Shown: positions 19,924 to 30,205 of the stretch, piece by piece
Layout of the letters: each line of letters opens with the position of its first letter
Numbering within the stretch: position 1 is the stretch's first letter
Virus record (IMG/VR): IMGVR_UViG_3300036825_000040
Location: 1 to 48,856 of that record
Length of the DNA stretch: 48,856 bases
From: a virus
Taxonomy: Duplodnaviria; Caudoviricetes
Direction: 5' to 3' (one strand)
Translations under genes and position numbers: made by a program
Notes under the pieces: model-generated
What the model saw: the letters and a program-made list of their open reading frames with translations, nothing else
What the model was told of the DNA's origin: nothing
Database searches by the model: none

Positions 19924-20217
19924 TTATTCAGCAGGGAAAAGCTTTTCGAGCTCACCGTCAGGTAACAGCTCACTGAGCTTTTCAGCGCCAAGGTTGCCTT
20001 TGAACTCGATGCCGAGCTCAGTCAGACGAGCCTGGATAACCTCTTTGCGGGATTTCTCACCGGTACCGGCGTCAGGCGTCGACGGGGTAAGTTCTCCGCT
20101 TGCCTCACCATTCATGAGACGAACGTTAGACTTCAGCGCCGGGTGAAGCTCTTTCAGCTCCACCACGTCGCCAACCTTCACGCCGAACCATGGGCGCACA
20201 ACTTCGTATTTAGCCAT
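19924..20217 (-). CDS. Head accessory protein
   Basis: 97 aa after the major capsid gene, with a HeH-like C-terminus; followed by terminator hairpins. Confidence 0.6.
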   Translation of the reverse strand: MAKYEVVRPWFGVKVGDVVELKELHPALKSNVRLMNGEASGELTPSTPDAGTGEKSRKEVIQARLTELGIEFKGNLGAEKLSELLPDGELEKLFPAE

Positions 20218-20226
20218 GCTGTTTCC

Positions 20227-21303
20227 TTACGCCAGGTTAGCGCCGTAGACAACACCCGACAGACCCTGATCGTCTGCGGTGATTTGCAGACCTTCAGCAG
20301 ACATAATCTGGAAGTTGTAGTTAACGTTAGGCAGTGGACGCGGCAGAGGAACAACGCCTACAGCCATACCCACCAGTGGAGAGATCACGTCACGGCGACG
20401 AACGTACGCGATAAACTCGTTACCGGTCAGCGCGAAGCTCATGCGGATTTCTTTCACCGGCGCGAACGGCAGAACAGCCTGCAACACAGTGCCGCTTACA
20501 ACGCCATTGACCACGTACGGCTGCGCCAGGTTTGCCCAGATTTCCGGGGAAACCCACATCACATCGTATGCGGCAACTTTGTTCGTGCGGGCGGTAGTAC
20601 CGAATGCGCCTTTACCGAAGAACGCGAAGAGCGCGGTCATGTCAGCGGTGGTCAGGTCGATATTCGCGCCACCGGCACCAGAACCGAGGTTAATCTTCTT
20701 GGTATGGCGGTGGTTCTTGATACCCTGCGCCGGGTAGGACTGCACCTGAATTTTTGAATCGCCGTTCAGGTAGTAGTTAACACGCTTCTGGTTGAACTTG
20801 CGCATCTTCGCCATCTGCGAGTCCAGCACCAGATCAATACCCACAGAGTTCAGCCCAGCAGCATGACGCCAGTTAACACCATAACCGGCAGTAAATACCG
20901 GAATTGGGTCACCGTCACTTGCGTAGTCAGCGTGATCAAAGGAGAACGGCGCCTGACCATCGATGCTCACTAACACGTCGTCAGCGATGTCGCCAACCAC
21001 GTTATACAGCTTGGCGGTTTTACCAACCGGCAGCACCGTCTGAACGCCGATCAGGTCGTTCACGATTTCCATGCCAATTTCCTGATCGCGCAACTGCAGC
21101 ACCTGCCGGTCAATCTCCGCCCAGAAGTCGCGGGAGAAACCACCTACGGCGTTACAGGCCAGCATATCAGGCGTCATCATTGCGCGGTTAGCCGCAATGA
21201 TGGAGTCGTTCTGCAGGTTCCACATGTTGCGGTTTGCCCACAGCTCGTTCCAGTGACCGCCGAGGCGGGAGTTAGTCGCCAGCGTCTCTTTAGAGAAGTA
21301 CAT
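20227..21303 (-). CDS. Major capsid protein
   Basis: 358 aa after the protease and decoration genes, with high-expression codon usage. Confidence 0.85.
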   Translation of the reverse strand: MYFSKETLATNSRLGGHWNELWANRNMWNLQNDSIIAANRAMMTPDMLACNAVGGFSRDFWAEIDRQVLQLRDQEIGMEIVNDLIGVQTVLPVGKTAKLYNVVGDIADDVLVSIDGQAPFSFDHADYASDGDPIPVFTAGYGVNWRHAAGLNSVGIDLVLDSQMAKMRKFNQKRVNYYLNGDSKIQVQSYPAQGIKNHRHTKKINLGSGAGGANIDLTTADMTALFAFFGKGAFGTTARTNKVAAYDVMWVSPEIWANLAQPYVVNGVVSGTVLQAVLPFAPVKEIRMSFALTGNEFIAYVRRRDVISPLVGMAVGVVPLPRPLPNVNYNFQIMSAEGLQITADDQGLSGVVYGANLA

Positions 21304-21320
21304 ATGTGTTTGTCCTTTTG

Positions 21321-21770
21321 TTACGCGCCAGCTGCGGCGACAGTGCCAACGCGCATGCGCACGCGAATGAAGTCGGTGGTGCTGGCGGCGATGGTGTATT
21401 CATCCTGGCTGTAGCCGATCACTGAATCAGTGTCGGAGGTGGCAAGGGTGAACTGACCAGCCGTGCCCAGCTTGATCGGGCTGTCTTTCTTATACGCGCC
21501 AGGCAGGCAACGTAACGCCAACTCACGCCCTTCTTCGACGTAGTTGCCGACTGCTGAATCACCTGTAGGGATTGCTTCGGTGATAGTCAGGCCCTGGTGG
21601 TAACCGACATCGATGATGTACAGACGGCCGGTCAGCGCAGTGGCCTGGGCGAATTTATCGGATGAGTTGATAGTTGCCGCAGTACCAGGAAGAAGCGCGG
21701 CGGCCGTGGTGCGAGTTTCGGTCTTGTACAGAGACTGACCGTCGATATTAACGCGACGATAACGTGGCAT
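21321..21770 (-). CDS. Head decoration protein
   Basis: 149 aa between protease/scaffold and capsid genes. Confidence 0.7.
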   Translation of the reverse strand: MPRYRRVNIDGQSLYKTETRTTAAALLPGTAATINSSDKFAQATALTGRLYIIDVGYHQGLTITEAIPTGDSAVGNYVEEGRELALRCLPGAYKKDSPIKLGTAGQFTLATSDTDSVIGYSQDEYTIAASTTDFIRVRMRVGTVAAAGA

Positions 21771-21782
21771 TATTCCGGCTCC

Positions 21783-23105
21783 TTACTTGAAGTGTTCATC
21801 TGCGGCAGGTGCGCCGGTTTCTTTGTGCTGCTGTGCATTGTTATTGCCCAGCGGAGCAGCTTCGCCCAGGGACTTAAACATAGCGTCCAGAGGCTCGCCA
21901 GACAGCGCGTTAGCCACGATATCGCCATGGACCTTCGCAACTGCTTCACGCTTTGCCTTCTCTTCAGCGCGGGAGTTGGCGGTCAGGGTTTCAGCGAGTT
22001 GTTTCTGATTGGCCTGCAGCGCATCAACCTTTTCCGCGAGAGGCTTAATAGCCGCTTCCGTGTTGGTCGCAACAGCCTGGCCGATCATGCTGCCGATTTG
22101 GTCCAGTTCTTCTTTGGTTAAAGGCATGTCGCCCTCCGTTTTGTGGTTTGGTGCAGGCTGTTCCTGCGGTGTGAATAGAGATTTGAATTTGTTGGCTACA
22201 ACGGCCACCCACGACTCCTGGCGCGCTACTACGGTGCCGGTATCGTCGATCGTTATCTTTCCGCCATCAGCGGAATAACCATAAACCTGCGCATCGCCGC
22301 CATTTCGTACGACCACTACCTGCGAATCAGTGAAGTCAGCAACCCAGGCGTATTCATCAGTTCCCGGCGCAAACTTCGCCTTGGCTGCGCGATCGAGACG
22401 CTGCTCGCGCTCCCGGTAGGATTCGCCAACCAGCGCGCCGGAGTTCGCCTTAAGCGGCTGCGCAAGATCTGCATTGACCATCAGGCCAACGCCCTGCTCA
22501 GGGGTGGCGGCTCCTACTTCGTGCAACAGGATCGCGTCGTGGTCCATGCCGTGGATATTCGCTACCCACTCGGCACCCGTTGCGCGCTGCTGATCGTTCG
22601 GCTCAAGCTGATCGAGGAAAGCGGCCACGCTGGTATGAATCGGCGGAACGTCTTCACCTCGTTCAATCGCGGCCACGCGCTCAAGCAGTTCTTTTCCGCC
22701 TTCCGACTCACTGGCGCGGGCCACATCTACCCACTTTTCGAGGTATATACGATTACCGGACTTCTTAACGTTGCGGTTCCAGGCACCGATATGGCCTGCG
22801 TTAATCCCCTCTGGGGAGAATGCAGACACAAATTGACCGTTAACCTGAGGATGCCCCAGCGGCGCCAGGGTGCCTTCCAGTCCCTTATAGTGGGCGTCGA
22901 TTTGCTCTTGCGTATACAACCCGCCATTCATGACGACGTTGGCCGGCAGTGTGTAGCTCGGCAGCACAAGGTGCTCACGCCCGTTGTATGTTTCGCGCCG
23001 GATAGACTGGCTGTTCACCTTCGTGGTGATGTTAACCTGAATATGCTCACCATGTTTCGGTGCCGGGATTGGACGCTTTGCTTCGTGATTTACCTGGAAT
23101 TTCAT
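21783..23105 (-). CDS. Prohead protease/scaffold (DUF2213-like)
   Basis: APLGHP and DHDAILL motifs plus a helical scaffold-like C-terminus. Confidence 0.78.
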   Translation of the reverse strand: MKFQVNHEAKRPIPAPKHGEHIQVNITTKVNSQSIRRETYNGREHLVLPSYTLPANVVMNGGLYTQEQIDAHYKGLEGTLAPLGHPQVNGQFVSAFSPEGINAGHIGAWNRNVKKSGNRIYLEKWVDVARASESEGGKELLERVAAIERGEDVPPIHTSVAAFLDQLEPNDQQRATGAEWVANIHGMDHDAILLHEVGAATPEQGVGLMVNADLAQPLKANSGALVGESYREREQRLDRAAKAKFAPGTDEYAWVADFTDSQVVVVRNGGDAQVYGYSADGGKITIDDTGTVVARQESWVAVVANKFKSLFTPQEQPAPNHKTEGDMPLTKEELDQIGSMIGQAVATNTEAAIKPLAEKVDALQANQKQLAETLTANSRAEEKAKREAVAKVHGDIVANALSGEPLDAMFKSLGEAAPLGNNNAQQHKETGAPAADEHFK

Positions 23106-23118
23106 AGCCGTTAGCTCT

Positions 23119-24066
23119 CTATGCCGCGTGTTTATAACCGCAGCAACTGGAATGGTTGACCTTCATCTTCTTCCAATGGCTGTCGAATTCCTTCTTAGCC
23201 ATTTCGATGACGTTCGGATAAAGCGGCTTACCATCTGCATCAACAAGCACTTCCACCTGGCTGCATTTGCAGTTTATTGAGTTAGCATCAACGGCATACC
23301 AGTCCCTGACCTCCTGAACTGTATATGTGTGCGCGTGTCTCAGTGCGTGCTTTATTCGCGTTGTGGGGCTTAATGCTGAAAGGTGAAGAAGCCTGATGTT
23401 TAAGCCGAGATCATCCATCGATGATTCGGCCTCATCCCATCGTGCGCGGCGAAGCGCTGTAGTCACTTCAGTGCGAGCTATTCGGTTAGCCCGGCGCTTC
23501 TCGATGCCGGTCTGGTCTGTCAGGTTGCGAGCAATATCCAGCGGATTAAGACCACGCCCCACCCCATCGGTCAGCACTCGCGCCATGTCGCGCTTAACGT
23601 CAGCAGTAAGCCCCTTCATTTCCTCAAACACGCGGGCATGCACCAGCGCCATACGTTGCTGGTACGGGTCGCTTGCGAGGATAGACGCCAGTGATTCGCG
23701 TCCGGCGGCATACACCGGGGACTGCTGGCTGAGGTTATAGAACGACTGCCCGGTACCTTTCTCCGAAGCCAGATCGATGTACTCGTAAAACCACAGGTCG
23801 TAATCGCCACCCTCAAGCAGGACCTGATCTACCAGGTAGCTGGCATCGTTCAGGATGATGGAGAGTAACGTTGGGTTTAACTGGTATTCGTATCGGGCGT
23901 TTACTGCGAGGGAGGAAGGTATTTTGTCGAGTGCTGATTTGTACGCCTTGCCAATCTTATTCATCCGCCTGGCGAAGTCTTTCATCGCCCGGCGCTCCAG
24001 CGCATCGACTCCGGTCGGATCCTGATAGTTACGCGGTAGAATTGGTGGCTTCGTCTTCTTCGCCAT
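23119..24066 (-). CDS. Minor head protein (Mu F / SPP1 gp7 family)
   Basis: RANRIARTEV and INCKC motifs. Confidence 0.88.
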   Translation of the reverse strand: MAKKTKPPILPRNYQDPTGVDALERRAMKDFARRMNKIGKAYKSALDKIPSSLAVNARYEYQLNPTLLSIILNDASYLVDQVLLEGGDYDLWFYEYIDLASEKGTGQSFYNLSQQSPVYAAGRESLASILASDPYQQRMALVHARVFEEMKGLTADVKRDMARVLTDGVGRGLNPLDIARNLTDQTGIEKRRANRIARTEVTTALRRARWDEAESSMDDLGLNIRLLHLSALSPTTRIKHALRHAHTYTVQEVRDWYAVDANSINCKCSQVEVLVDADGKPLYPNVIEMAKKEFDSHWKKMKVNHSSCCGYKHAA

Positions 24067-25375
24067 CCTCTTCTCCTAACGGGAATTCATCAACGTTTTC
24101 ATAGCCGGCAGCTGTGCGAATTTCTTCACGACTGAAGGCTGGATTCTCTCCGCTCCCCTGGAACGCCTGGTTAATCTCAGCCATGGTTTTTGCATTGGCG
24201 AGCTTCTCAGTTCCAGTCTGTTCGTTGAGGTCATCCCAGATAACCGTCTTCTCGCTGACAGCATCAATGATTTTCAGGTCGATTAGCTTGTCACTGAAGT
24301 CTTCAATTTCGAATGACAGGTCACCGCGGCGTGACTGGCAGCGAGCATTCATATACTTCTGATCTTCAGTGCTAGCCCTTTCGCCAGTTTGCATCCCCAC
24401 CAGAATTTTCACCGGCTCATCGACAGAAGCGGCAAAGGTTTGCAGGTTGACGTTATAGGTTGGGTCAGGATCTGAAACTGCCGACACCATCGACGTTACC
24501 TGGGCACCTTGAGTAATCAGAAGAACATCATTGCCGATGTTTAACTCTCTGGCCGCATCGTTATATCGCTCCTGAAGCTCATCAACAGATACGCCGTACA
24601 AAGAAGCAAGGTTGTTGAAATCAACGTCTTTGTCAAAATTAATGCTCTGCTTATTAGCGGCGTTCTTCAGGAATGCCTCACCTGAACCACCCTCAACCTT
24701 CTCAAGGCTGACGCACGCGTTATAGCCCGGCTCAAGGAAGCCAATGGCATCGTTAGAATAGTCACCAAGGATGAAGACGCGATCGGGATGAACGAACCGC
24801 TGATTTGTACCACCGTTTGGCAGACTCTCAACGTATTTCCATTGCTTTGGCTGCCCGTAGTCTGCCGAATTCTCGTCAGTTACCCACTGGCTTACAGTCA
24901 GAGAACCAGCCCATGCGATCGTTAACTTTTTGAGTGACTTCCCTCGAACAACTGGCTGGTCCCACTTTCTGGAGTCATTGATGTGCAGCAGGATTCCGGC
25001 ATAACGTCCAACCAAGCGGCGACGATCTGCTTCAGCAAAAGCGCGCCAGAGTCGCTTAGTAAAAACCTTTTTGGTTTTCTTCTCCCAGTCAGTTTCATCC
25101 TTGCTCTCGTCGGCATCGTCACCCTCGATAATCTCTGGGTTGGTCTGCCAACACTTGCCAACCAACTTCTCAACTGCGCCGTGAGCGATACCGCCGCGGC
25201 GGTACAGGGCGTAGAGATTTTCGTAGGTTACCTGCTCAGGGAAGCCATACTCACACCATGCGGAATGGCGCTTATTGTCCAGCCCCATCGTCGGTGCCAT
25301 CAGCCCCATACGGGCGCGCGCCATCCGCGCATCATTCAACGCATGGTTGACGGCGAGAGTTAATTTGTCAGTCAT
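24029..25375 (-). CDS. Portal protein (DUF1073-like)
   Basis: 448 aa between terminase and minor head genes; VHPDRV motif. Confidence 0.85.
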   Translation of the reverse strand: MTDKLTLAVNHALNDARMARARMGLMAPTMGLDNKRHSAWCEYGFPEQVTYENLYALYRRGGIAHGAVEKLVGKCWQTNPEIIEGDDADESKDETDWEKKTKKVFTKRLWRAFAEADRRRLVGRYAGILLHINDSRKWDQPVVRGKSLKKLTIAWAGSLTVSQWVTDENSADYGQPKQWKYVESLPNGGTNQRFVHPDRVFILGDYSNDAIGFLEPGYNACVSLEKVEGGSGEAFLKNAANKQSINFDKDVDFNNLASLYGVSVDELQERYNDAARELNIGNDVLLITQGAQVTSMVSAVSDPDPTYNVNLQTFAASVDEPVKILVGMQTGERASTEDQKYMNARCQSRRGDLSFEIEDFSDKLIDLKIIDAVSEKTVIWDDLNEQTGTEKLANAKTMAEINQAFQGSGENPAFSREEIRTAAGYENVDEFPLGEEDGEEDEATNSTA

Positions 25376-25432
25376 GGATTGTCCGTGGAAGGGGATTAGT
25401 TGAAAGGCCCACCGAGGGGCCTTAAAGGGGCA

Positions 25433-25717
25433 TTACATGTTGGAGAATTTTCTCAGATCATTTGCATATTTTTTTGCAGAGATGATGGCTGATTTTACAG
25501 CTTCACTAACTGCATTTTCATACACCTTTTCATCACAGGATAATGGTAGTTGGAATGGGTGTAACCCTTCAGCCACTAATCCATCTTCGTAAGTGATAAC
25601 GGTTTTAGCCAACAGATTAGCGTTAGTAGACGAACAGAATACGGTAATAATTTCGGTACTAGTTTGCATGTATTTACGAGACAAAGTTAAATTCCTGTCC
25701 AATTTTAAAGAAGGCAC
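25433..25717 (-). CDS. Moron: hypothetical protein between terL and portal
   Basis: AT-rich 94-aa ORF with a hairpin downstream. Confidence 0.55.
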   Translation of the reverse strand: MPSLKLDRNLTLSRKYMQTSTEIITVFCSSTNANLLAKTVITYEDGLVAEGLHPFQLPLSCDEKVYENAVSEAVKSAIISAKKYANDLRKFSNM

Positions 25718-25726
25718 ATTATAACT

Positions 25727-26980
25727 TCATTTTCGTTGCAAACGCTTTGGGATCATCATCCCGGCCATCTGTCCCTTCCGCTTGATATGACCGTCAAGAC
25801 TGTAACGAATACCGTCCCAGCAGTGCTCAAAGCCGTCAGCCAGTTTCGGTAATACCTCGCCGGTGATGCGGTCCGTCCTGTACGACCACATGCGAGCCTC
25901 TCGCGCTACGTTCTTGCAGCGCGGGTGGATAATGATTTCGTCGAACCCACGAAGATGGGCGATCCCGTCCTCAACGCTACCCTGCCATTTCTCGGCAGCA
26001 GATATGTTGAAGCCCTTTCGCTTGAGATAGCTTATTGTCTCAGGTCGTGCCGAGTCGGCCTTAATGGGCCAGTCACGCGATCCGGGAATTGTGTCGTACA
26101 GCTCTGGCATATGGTCGAGCTCAGTCTGCTGACCGTATGCCTCGTACTCGATGTACAGCCGGTTGTGCAGGATGAACGAACGCACCAGCGTGTTAGGGTC
26201 TTTGGCGAAACCGAAGTCAGCACCGAAGAACAGACGCTCCGCTTCTTTCCAGAGGTTATCCGAGAACTCGGCAATCCGGTATTTCCCGGCCAGCACCTGC
26301 TTATCAGAGTTTTCGAGGTAAGCGCCTTCCCACACCCATGCGTATGTCGCCGGGTCAAGACGGCGCTGATCGTTTTGTCGCTCACCTTCCAGCACGTCAG
26401 GGAACCACGGATTGTCCGTATAGTTCATCTCAACGGTGATGCAGTCGTCGCCAGCTTCTTTGCGGAAACGCTTATCCGTGGCGCTACCGTCGCGCTCTGG
26501 GTTCCACGTCACCCAAATTTCTGATCCTTCTTCACGAACGGTTGGGCTCAGCTTCTGCCAGGCTATTTCGCTGACTGACTCAGCCTCATCAACCCAGCAA
26601 AGCAGGATACGTGCTTTCGACTTTATGCTGTCGAGGTTATGCCGCAGGCCGCAGAACACGTAGTTAACGCTCTTGTCGATGGTGCGGATGTACTTCTCGC
26701 CGATATCAAAGTTGGAAGCCAGCCATGGAACAGACAGGATCGCCTGTTTCACTTCCTGCATGCTCGACTCTTCCAGAGAGTTCATGAATTCACGCGCGCA
26801 GAGCACTACGCCGCTCTCACCGTTCATCATCGACTGATACGCCTTTACGGCAGTCATCAGCGCGAATGTTCGCGTCTTGGCGCTGCCACGACCACCATGC
26901 GAGCAACGGTAACGCTTATTCACAGCAGTGAACAATGGCGCAAGCTTAGCGGGGATCGGCAGTTGAACGGCATTAGTCAT
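25727..26980 (-). CDS. terL: Terminase large subunit (PBSX family)
   Basis: Walker A GGRGSAKT, Walker B CWVDEAE, GADFGFAKDP and HCWDGIRY nuclease motifs. Confidence 0.95.
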   Translation of the reverse strand: MTNAVQLPIPAKLAPLFTAVNKRYRCSHGGRGSAKTRTFALMTAVKAYQSMMNGESGVVLCAREFMNSLEESSMQEVKQAILSVPWLASNFDIGEKYIRTIDKSVNYVFCGLRHNLDSIKSKARILLCWVDEAESVSEIAWQKLSPTVREEGSEIWVTWNPERDGSATDKRFRKEAGDDCITVEMNYTDNPWFPDVLEGERQNDQRRLDPATYAWVWEGAYLENSDKQVLAGKYRIAEFSDNLWKEAERLFFGADFGFAKDPNTLVRSFILHNRLYIEYEAYGQQTELDHMPELYDTIPGSRDWPIKADSARPETISYLKRKGFNISAAEKWQGSVEDGIAHLRGFDEIIIHPRCKNVAREARMWSYRTDRITGEVLPKLADGFEHCWDGIRYSLDGHIKRKGQMAGMMIPKRLQRK

Positions 26981-27507
26981 GCTTTAGGCTCAACGGGGAG
27001 TAGCTGGATGATGGTCGGCTGTGGCGTCATGGTTCCATCAGAGGACTTATGGTCAACCGTCTCTTTAAAAGCATTCACGTCAATATGCTTCCCGAGCAGC
27101 TCGAGGTTCTTTACTTTATCAGGCCACTTAATCTTCTTGAGCAGCGCGGCTGTGTTTCCCTCGGCTGATATCTCAACGACATCCAGCCCGGATAATGTAG
27201 TTCTCCATACCTTCGGCCACTGAGAAACCGGCTTCAGCTCTCCGGTCGATGTCAGGATGTCGAGCACGTCCATCTGGTCAATCTCAACGAGACGATTCAG
27301 GACGTATGTCGCATTTATGCCAACCAGATCATTGCGTTGCGCTTTAAGTTCGGCAATTCTGGACTGGATGTCAGGTTTTGACAGGTTTTCGGACGCGGTA
27401 CGGTTAGCTGTCTTTGTGCTGTACCCCGCCCGAATAGCCGCTTGCGTGGCGTTTAAATCGATGAGGTACTCGCGACAGAACATTTCTTGTTTGTCGGTGA
27501 GTGCCAT
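26977..27507 (-). CDS. terS: Terminase small subunit
   Basis: LTDKQEMFCREYLIDLNATQAAIRAGYS motif. Confidence 0.95.
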   Translation of the reverse strand: MALTDKQEMFCREYLIDLNATQAAIRAGYSTKTANRTASENLSKPDIQSRIAELKAQRNDLVGINATYVLNRLVEIDQMDVLDILTSTGELKPVSQWPKVWRTTLSGLDVVEISAEGNTAALLKKIKWPDKVKNLELLGKHIDVNAFKETVDHKSSDGTMTPQPTIIQLLPVEPKA

Positions 27508-27529
27508 TTACTTATCCCAAGGAGTTAAG

Positions 27530-27760
27530 ATGAAGTCAGTTGAAGAAGTAATTAATGATTTACAGTCGCGAGTATTAGCCTATGAAGTTATGTTCCAATC
27601 GATTTTTTATGCTCTGCCTGATGACATTAAAGAGAAGGTTGTGAGCACGATTGAAGATAATTTCAAAGCCTTTGACTCTGGAACACAGAGTGATTCAGGT
27701 AAAGCAAAACTTGCAGCAGCAAAAGTAATCGCTTCTCGTACATCCGGCGCAAAACTCTAA
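27530..27760 (+). CDS. Moron: 76-aa hypothetical protein on the opposite strand
   Basis: AAGGAG SD followed by MKSVEEVINDLQSRVLAYEV. Confidence 0.7.
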   Translation: MKSVEEVINDLQSRVLAYEVMFQSIFYALPDDIKEKVVSTIEDNFKAFDSGTQSDSGKAKLAAAKVIASRTSGAKL

Positions 27761-27783
27761 TTTATGTCATTCAATGGCGGCTA

Positions 27784-27996
27784 CTAGTTACTCTCTGCCG
27801 CCTCATCATTTAAATCAGCAGCCACCGGCACAAAGTGGAACTGATCCACACTGTCCGGGCGGAAGTAACGCCACTCACCCTCTTCAGTAGCCAGCGCTAC
27901 GAATCCGTTGATGATTTCAGGCTGGCTGCGAGTCATCAGTCCGGTGAAGGTTTCTTTTGAAGTGGTTGTGAGAGTGATTTGGTAGATGTCGGACAC
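27784..27996 (-). CDS. Small hypothetical protein
   Basis: About 70-aa ORF with probable GTG start (alternative ATG at 28008). Confidence 0.55.
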   Translation of the reverse strand: MSDIYQITLTTTSKETFTGLMTRSQPEIINGFVALATEEGEWRYFRPDSVDQFHFVPVAADLNDEAAESN

Positions 27997-28073
27997 GAAG
28001 AACCTCATAATCTGTTGCGAAAGAGAATGCCATCACCATTTTGATGGCATTACAATTCAGCGATATGGGCTGT

Positions 28074-28655
28074 TTATTTTGCGGCTTTATAATCTATAAA
28101 TCCGTCAAAAATGAGACTATCTATGGTCATCATTTTCTTAATCTTTTCCATTACTTCGGGCTCTTCTTGCATATCGAAAAGCCATTTCCTTACCCCTGCT
28201 GCAATATCATTGCATAAATCAATGACATCTAATTGCAGAATACCATTGAAAACATTCATATGGGTATGGAGGTTCTCTTGCGCAGGAATTGTTATTTTGA
28301 ACTTCCTTAGTTTTGTTTCATCAACGCCTTCATGCAAACATGCATTTCTTAAGCTCCAACAGTCATCTGCGCTGAATGAAACCACGGGGATTTGAGTCCT
28401 TAAGCTTTGCTTTATTTCTTCAGGCATGTACTGAAGCATCGCAGGGCTGGTTAGGCTTAAATAGTCATACATATTATCAGCGTTATATCTTGGCTTTAGA
28501 TAGCGATTAAACCAATCCTTGTATCTCGCGCCATTTCCTTTGATTTTATCCTCTGTCGCGCCACAGATATCAGGAAGGGATATTGCAATGAACAACGCCC
28601 CAAACCAATTCTTTTTAGACAGGCAATCATCTATCCCACTAAGCAACTGTTGCAT
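28074..28655 (-). CDS. Putative HEPN-domain protein
   Basis: AT-rich 193-aa helical protein with ISLPDICG and R-x4-H motif (LRNACLHEG). Confidence 0.65.
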   Translation of the reverse strand: MQQLLSGIDDCLSKKNWFGALFIAISLPDICGATEDKIKGNGARYKDWFNRYLKPRYNADNMYDYLSLTSPAMLQYMPEEIKQSLRTQIPVVSFSADDCWSLRNACLHEGVDETKLRKFKITIPAQENLHTHMNVFNGILQLDVIDLCNDIAAGVRKWLFDMQEEPEVMEKIKKMMTIDSLIFDGFIDYKAAK

Positions 28656-28723
28656 TTATCAGCACCTTATTTTGTTGTAGACAAGATCCACAATACAACC
28701 AGATGCAGTTATTAATAAAACCT

Positions 28724-29191
28724 TTATTTCAAGCACTGAGTGCTGATGTATTCCTGTAGCATCCTCAGGGCCTTTTGGTCGCTGATGATTCCGGACCGGA
28801 TACCGAGAATGTTTCGTCCAGCAACATCAGAGAGTTCGATGGTGGCATCATGGCCCATGCTGGAGGCGCTGGCGGCTTCGGTTGAGGCTGGCACGGGACA
28901 GCGGCCTTTGACGAGCACCCGACCACCATTATCAAGCTTGCGCTGCAGAGCATCATTTTCAGCTTTTGCATCGGCTAATTCCTTCGTGTACTTGGCATCC
29001 AGCGCAGCGACATCACGCTGGCGGGTCTGCATGTCTTTGATGGTGGCGTTCGCCATGCTGAGCTTTACTGTGGCTTTATCGCGCTGGTCTTTGTAGGTGA
29101 TGGCGTTGTCGCGATAGTGGTTAATCTTCCAGGCCATTGAAACCAGCAGGCAGATAACGACAGCGCAGATGATTGCGGTTAATCGGCTCAT
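28724..29191 (-). CDS. rz: i-spanin Rz
   Basis: N-terminal [22 protein letters not shown] coiled coil, C-terminal LQEYISTQC. Confidence 0.93.
   Translation of the reverse strand: MSRLTAIICAVVICLLVSMAWKINHYRDNAITYKDQRDKATVKLSMANATIKDMQTRQRDVAALDAKYTKELADAKAENDALQRKLDNGGRVLVKGRCPVPASTEAASASSMGHDATIELSDVAGRNILGIRSGIISDQKALRMLQEYISTQCLK
28765..28971 (-). CDS. rz1: o-spanin Rz1 lipoprotein embedded in Rz
   Basis: Lipobox VVGC and Pro-rich [10 protein letters not shown] in an alternative frame. Confidence 0.85.
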   Translation of the reverse strand: MQKLKMMLCSASLIMVVGCSSKAAVPCQPQPKPPAPPAWAMMPPSNSLMLLDETFSVSGPESSATKRP

Positions 29192-29682
29192 TTCTGGCCC
29201 CACTCGCAAACTTCACGCTCAATCTCGCGTCGGGTAATAAGCCCCTTCCATTGCTTGCCACCGGCATACGTCCAGCGCTGCAGTTCTTTACATGCTCCCG
29301 GAACATCACCGGCGTTCAGCTTTTTCAGTAGCGTGGAACTGGCGAAAGCACCAGAGCCAACGTTGTAAGTGAAGGAGTAAAGCGCGGCACGGGTAGGCTC
29401 AGGGATGCGTACCTTGATCAGCGGGTCGATGGCGTTTGCCACCTTCCGCAGGTCAGCCTTCAGCAGGTTGTCGCACTCTTTGTCGGTGTAGCGGTGACCG
29501 CGGCGAATGTCGGTACCGGTGTGCCCATCACAAACGGTCCAGACGCCGACAACATCCTGATAGGCGTAATAGCGCCGCCCTTCCAGCCCATCAGCATTGC
29601 CCAGCATTACTGCAGCAATGGTGATCGCTCCGGATCCGCCAACAATGGCACCCACCAGCTTATTCCTGAGTGTCGGGTTCAT
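29188..29682 (-). CDS. SAR endolysin (GH24 lysozyme)
   Basis: Gly/Ala-rich N-terminal SAR segment; EG-x7-D-x5-T catalytic triad. Confidence 0.93.
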   Translation of the reverse strand: MNPTLRNKLVGAIVGGSGAITIAAVMLGNADGLEGRRYYAYQDVVGVWTVCDGHTGTDIRRGHRYTDKECDNLLKADLRKVANAIDPLIKVRIPEPTRAALYSFTYNVGSGAFASSTLLKKLNAGDVPGACKELQRWTYAGGKQWKGLITRREIEREVCEWGQK

Positions 29683-29884
29683 CTCGGCTCCTGCTGCGGC
29701 GGTTGTCTTCGCGGATTTTGAAATAGAGATTCGTCAGATACGTCAGTACGGCAATGATGATACCCACCAGCACGCCGATAGCGTTCCACTGCTCGGGGCT
29801 GTAGGCATTCAACATGCCGTTTAGGATGCTCCCGGCTGAAGCGCCATAGGCAGCACCAGTGGTTATTTTTTCCATGCGATACAT
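29660..29884 (-). CDS. Pinholin (phage 21 S-like) with dual start Met1/Met4
   Basis: [39 protein letters not shown]. Confidence 0.92.
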   Translation of the reverse strand: MYRMEKITTGAAYGASAGSILNGMLNAYSPEQWNAIGVLVGIIIAVLTYLTNLYFKIREDNRRSRSRDEPDTQE

Positions 29885-30070
29885 GCTCTCACCTCGCGTA
29901 GTTAGCGGGTGCTGTGTGTGTTTAAAAAGGGTCAGGCCCTCGGGACGATTTAACAAGAAGGCATGTCGATGATGGTTCCCGGAGCCTGAATTAAAAAAGG
30001 CCCACATGAGTGAGCCTTTGAATAAAGTTTCTTCACATCACTGCCGATACATTCCTTAAAGGAGATAAAA

Positions 30071-30205
30071 ATGGGCAGACGTAGACGTGGCAGGTACAGA
30101 ATTAACAAGAATCCGGACATAGTGGATCGAATTATTCACTTGATTATCGATATCGCTATTTTCATCTTCCTAGTAAAGCTTGGGATATCTTTTTTGTTCA
30201 AATAA
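30071..30205 (+). CDS. 44-aa basic membrane peptide (absent from the ORF track)
   Basis: AAGGAG SD followed by MGRRRRGRYRINKNPDIVDRIIHLIIDIAIFIFLVKLGISFLFK; a hairpin follows the stop. Confidence 0.6.
   Translation: MGRRRRGRYRINKNPDIVDRIIHLIIDIAIFIFLVKLGISFLFK

Noticed and set aside
24029-25375. Anti-defence annotation sometimes attached to DUF1073 proteins
   Set aside because: Size and position between terminase and minor head genes indicate the portal.
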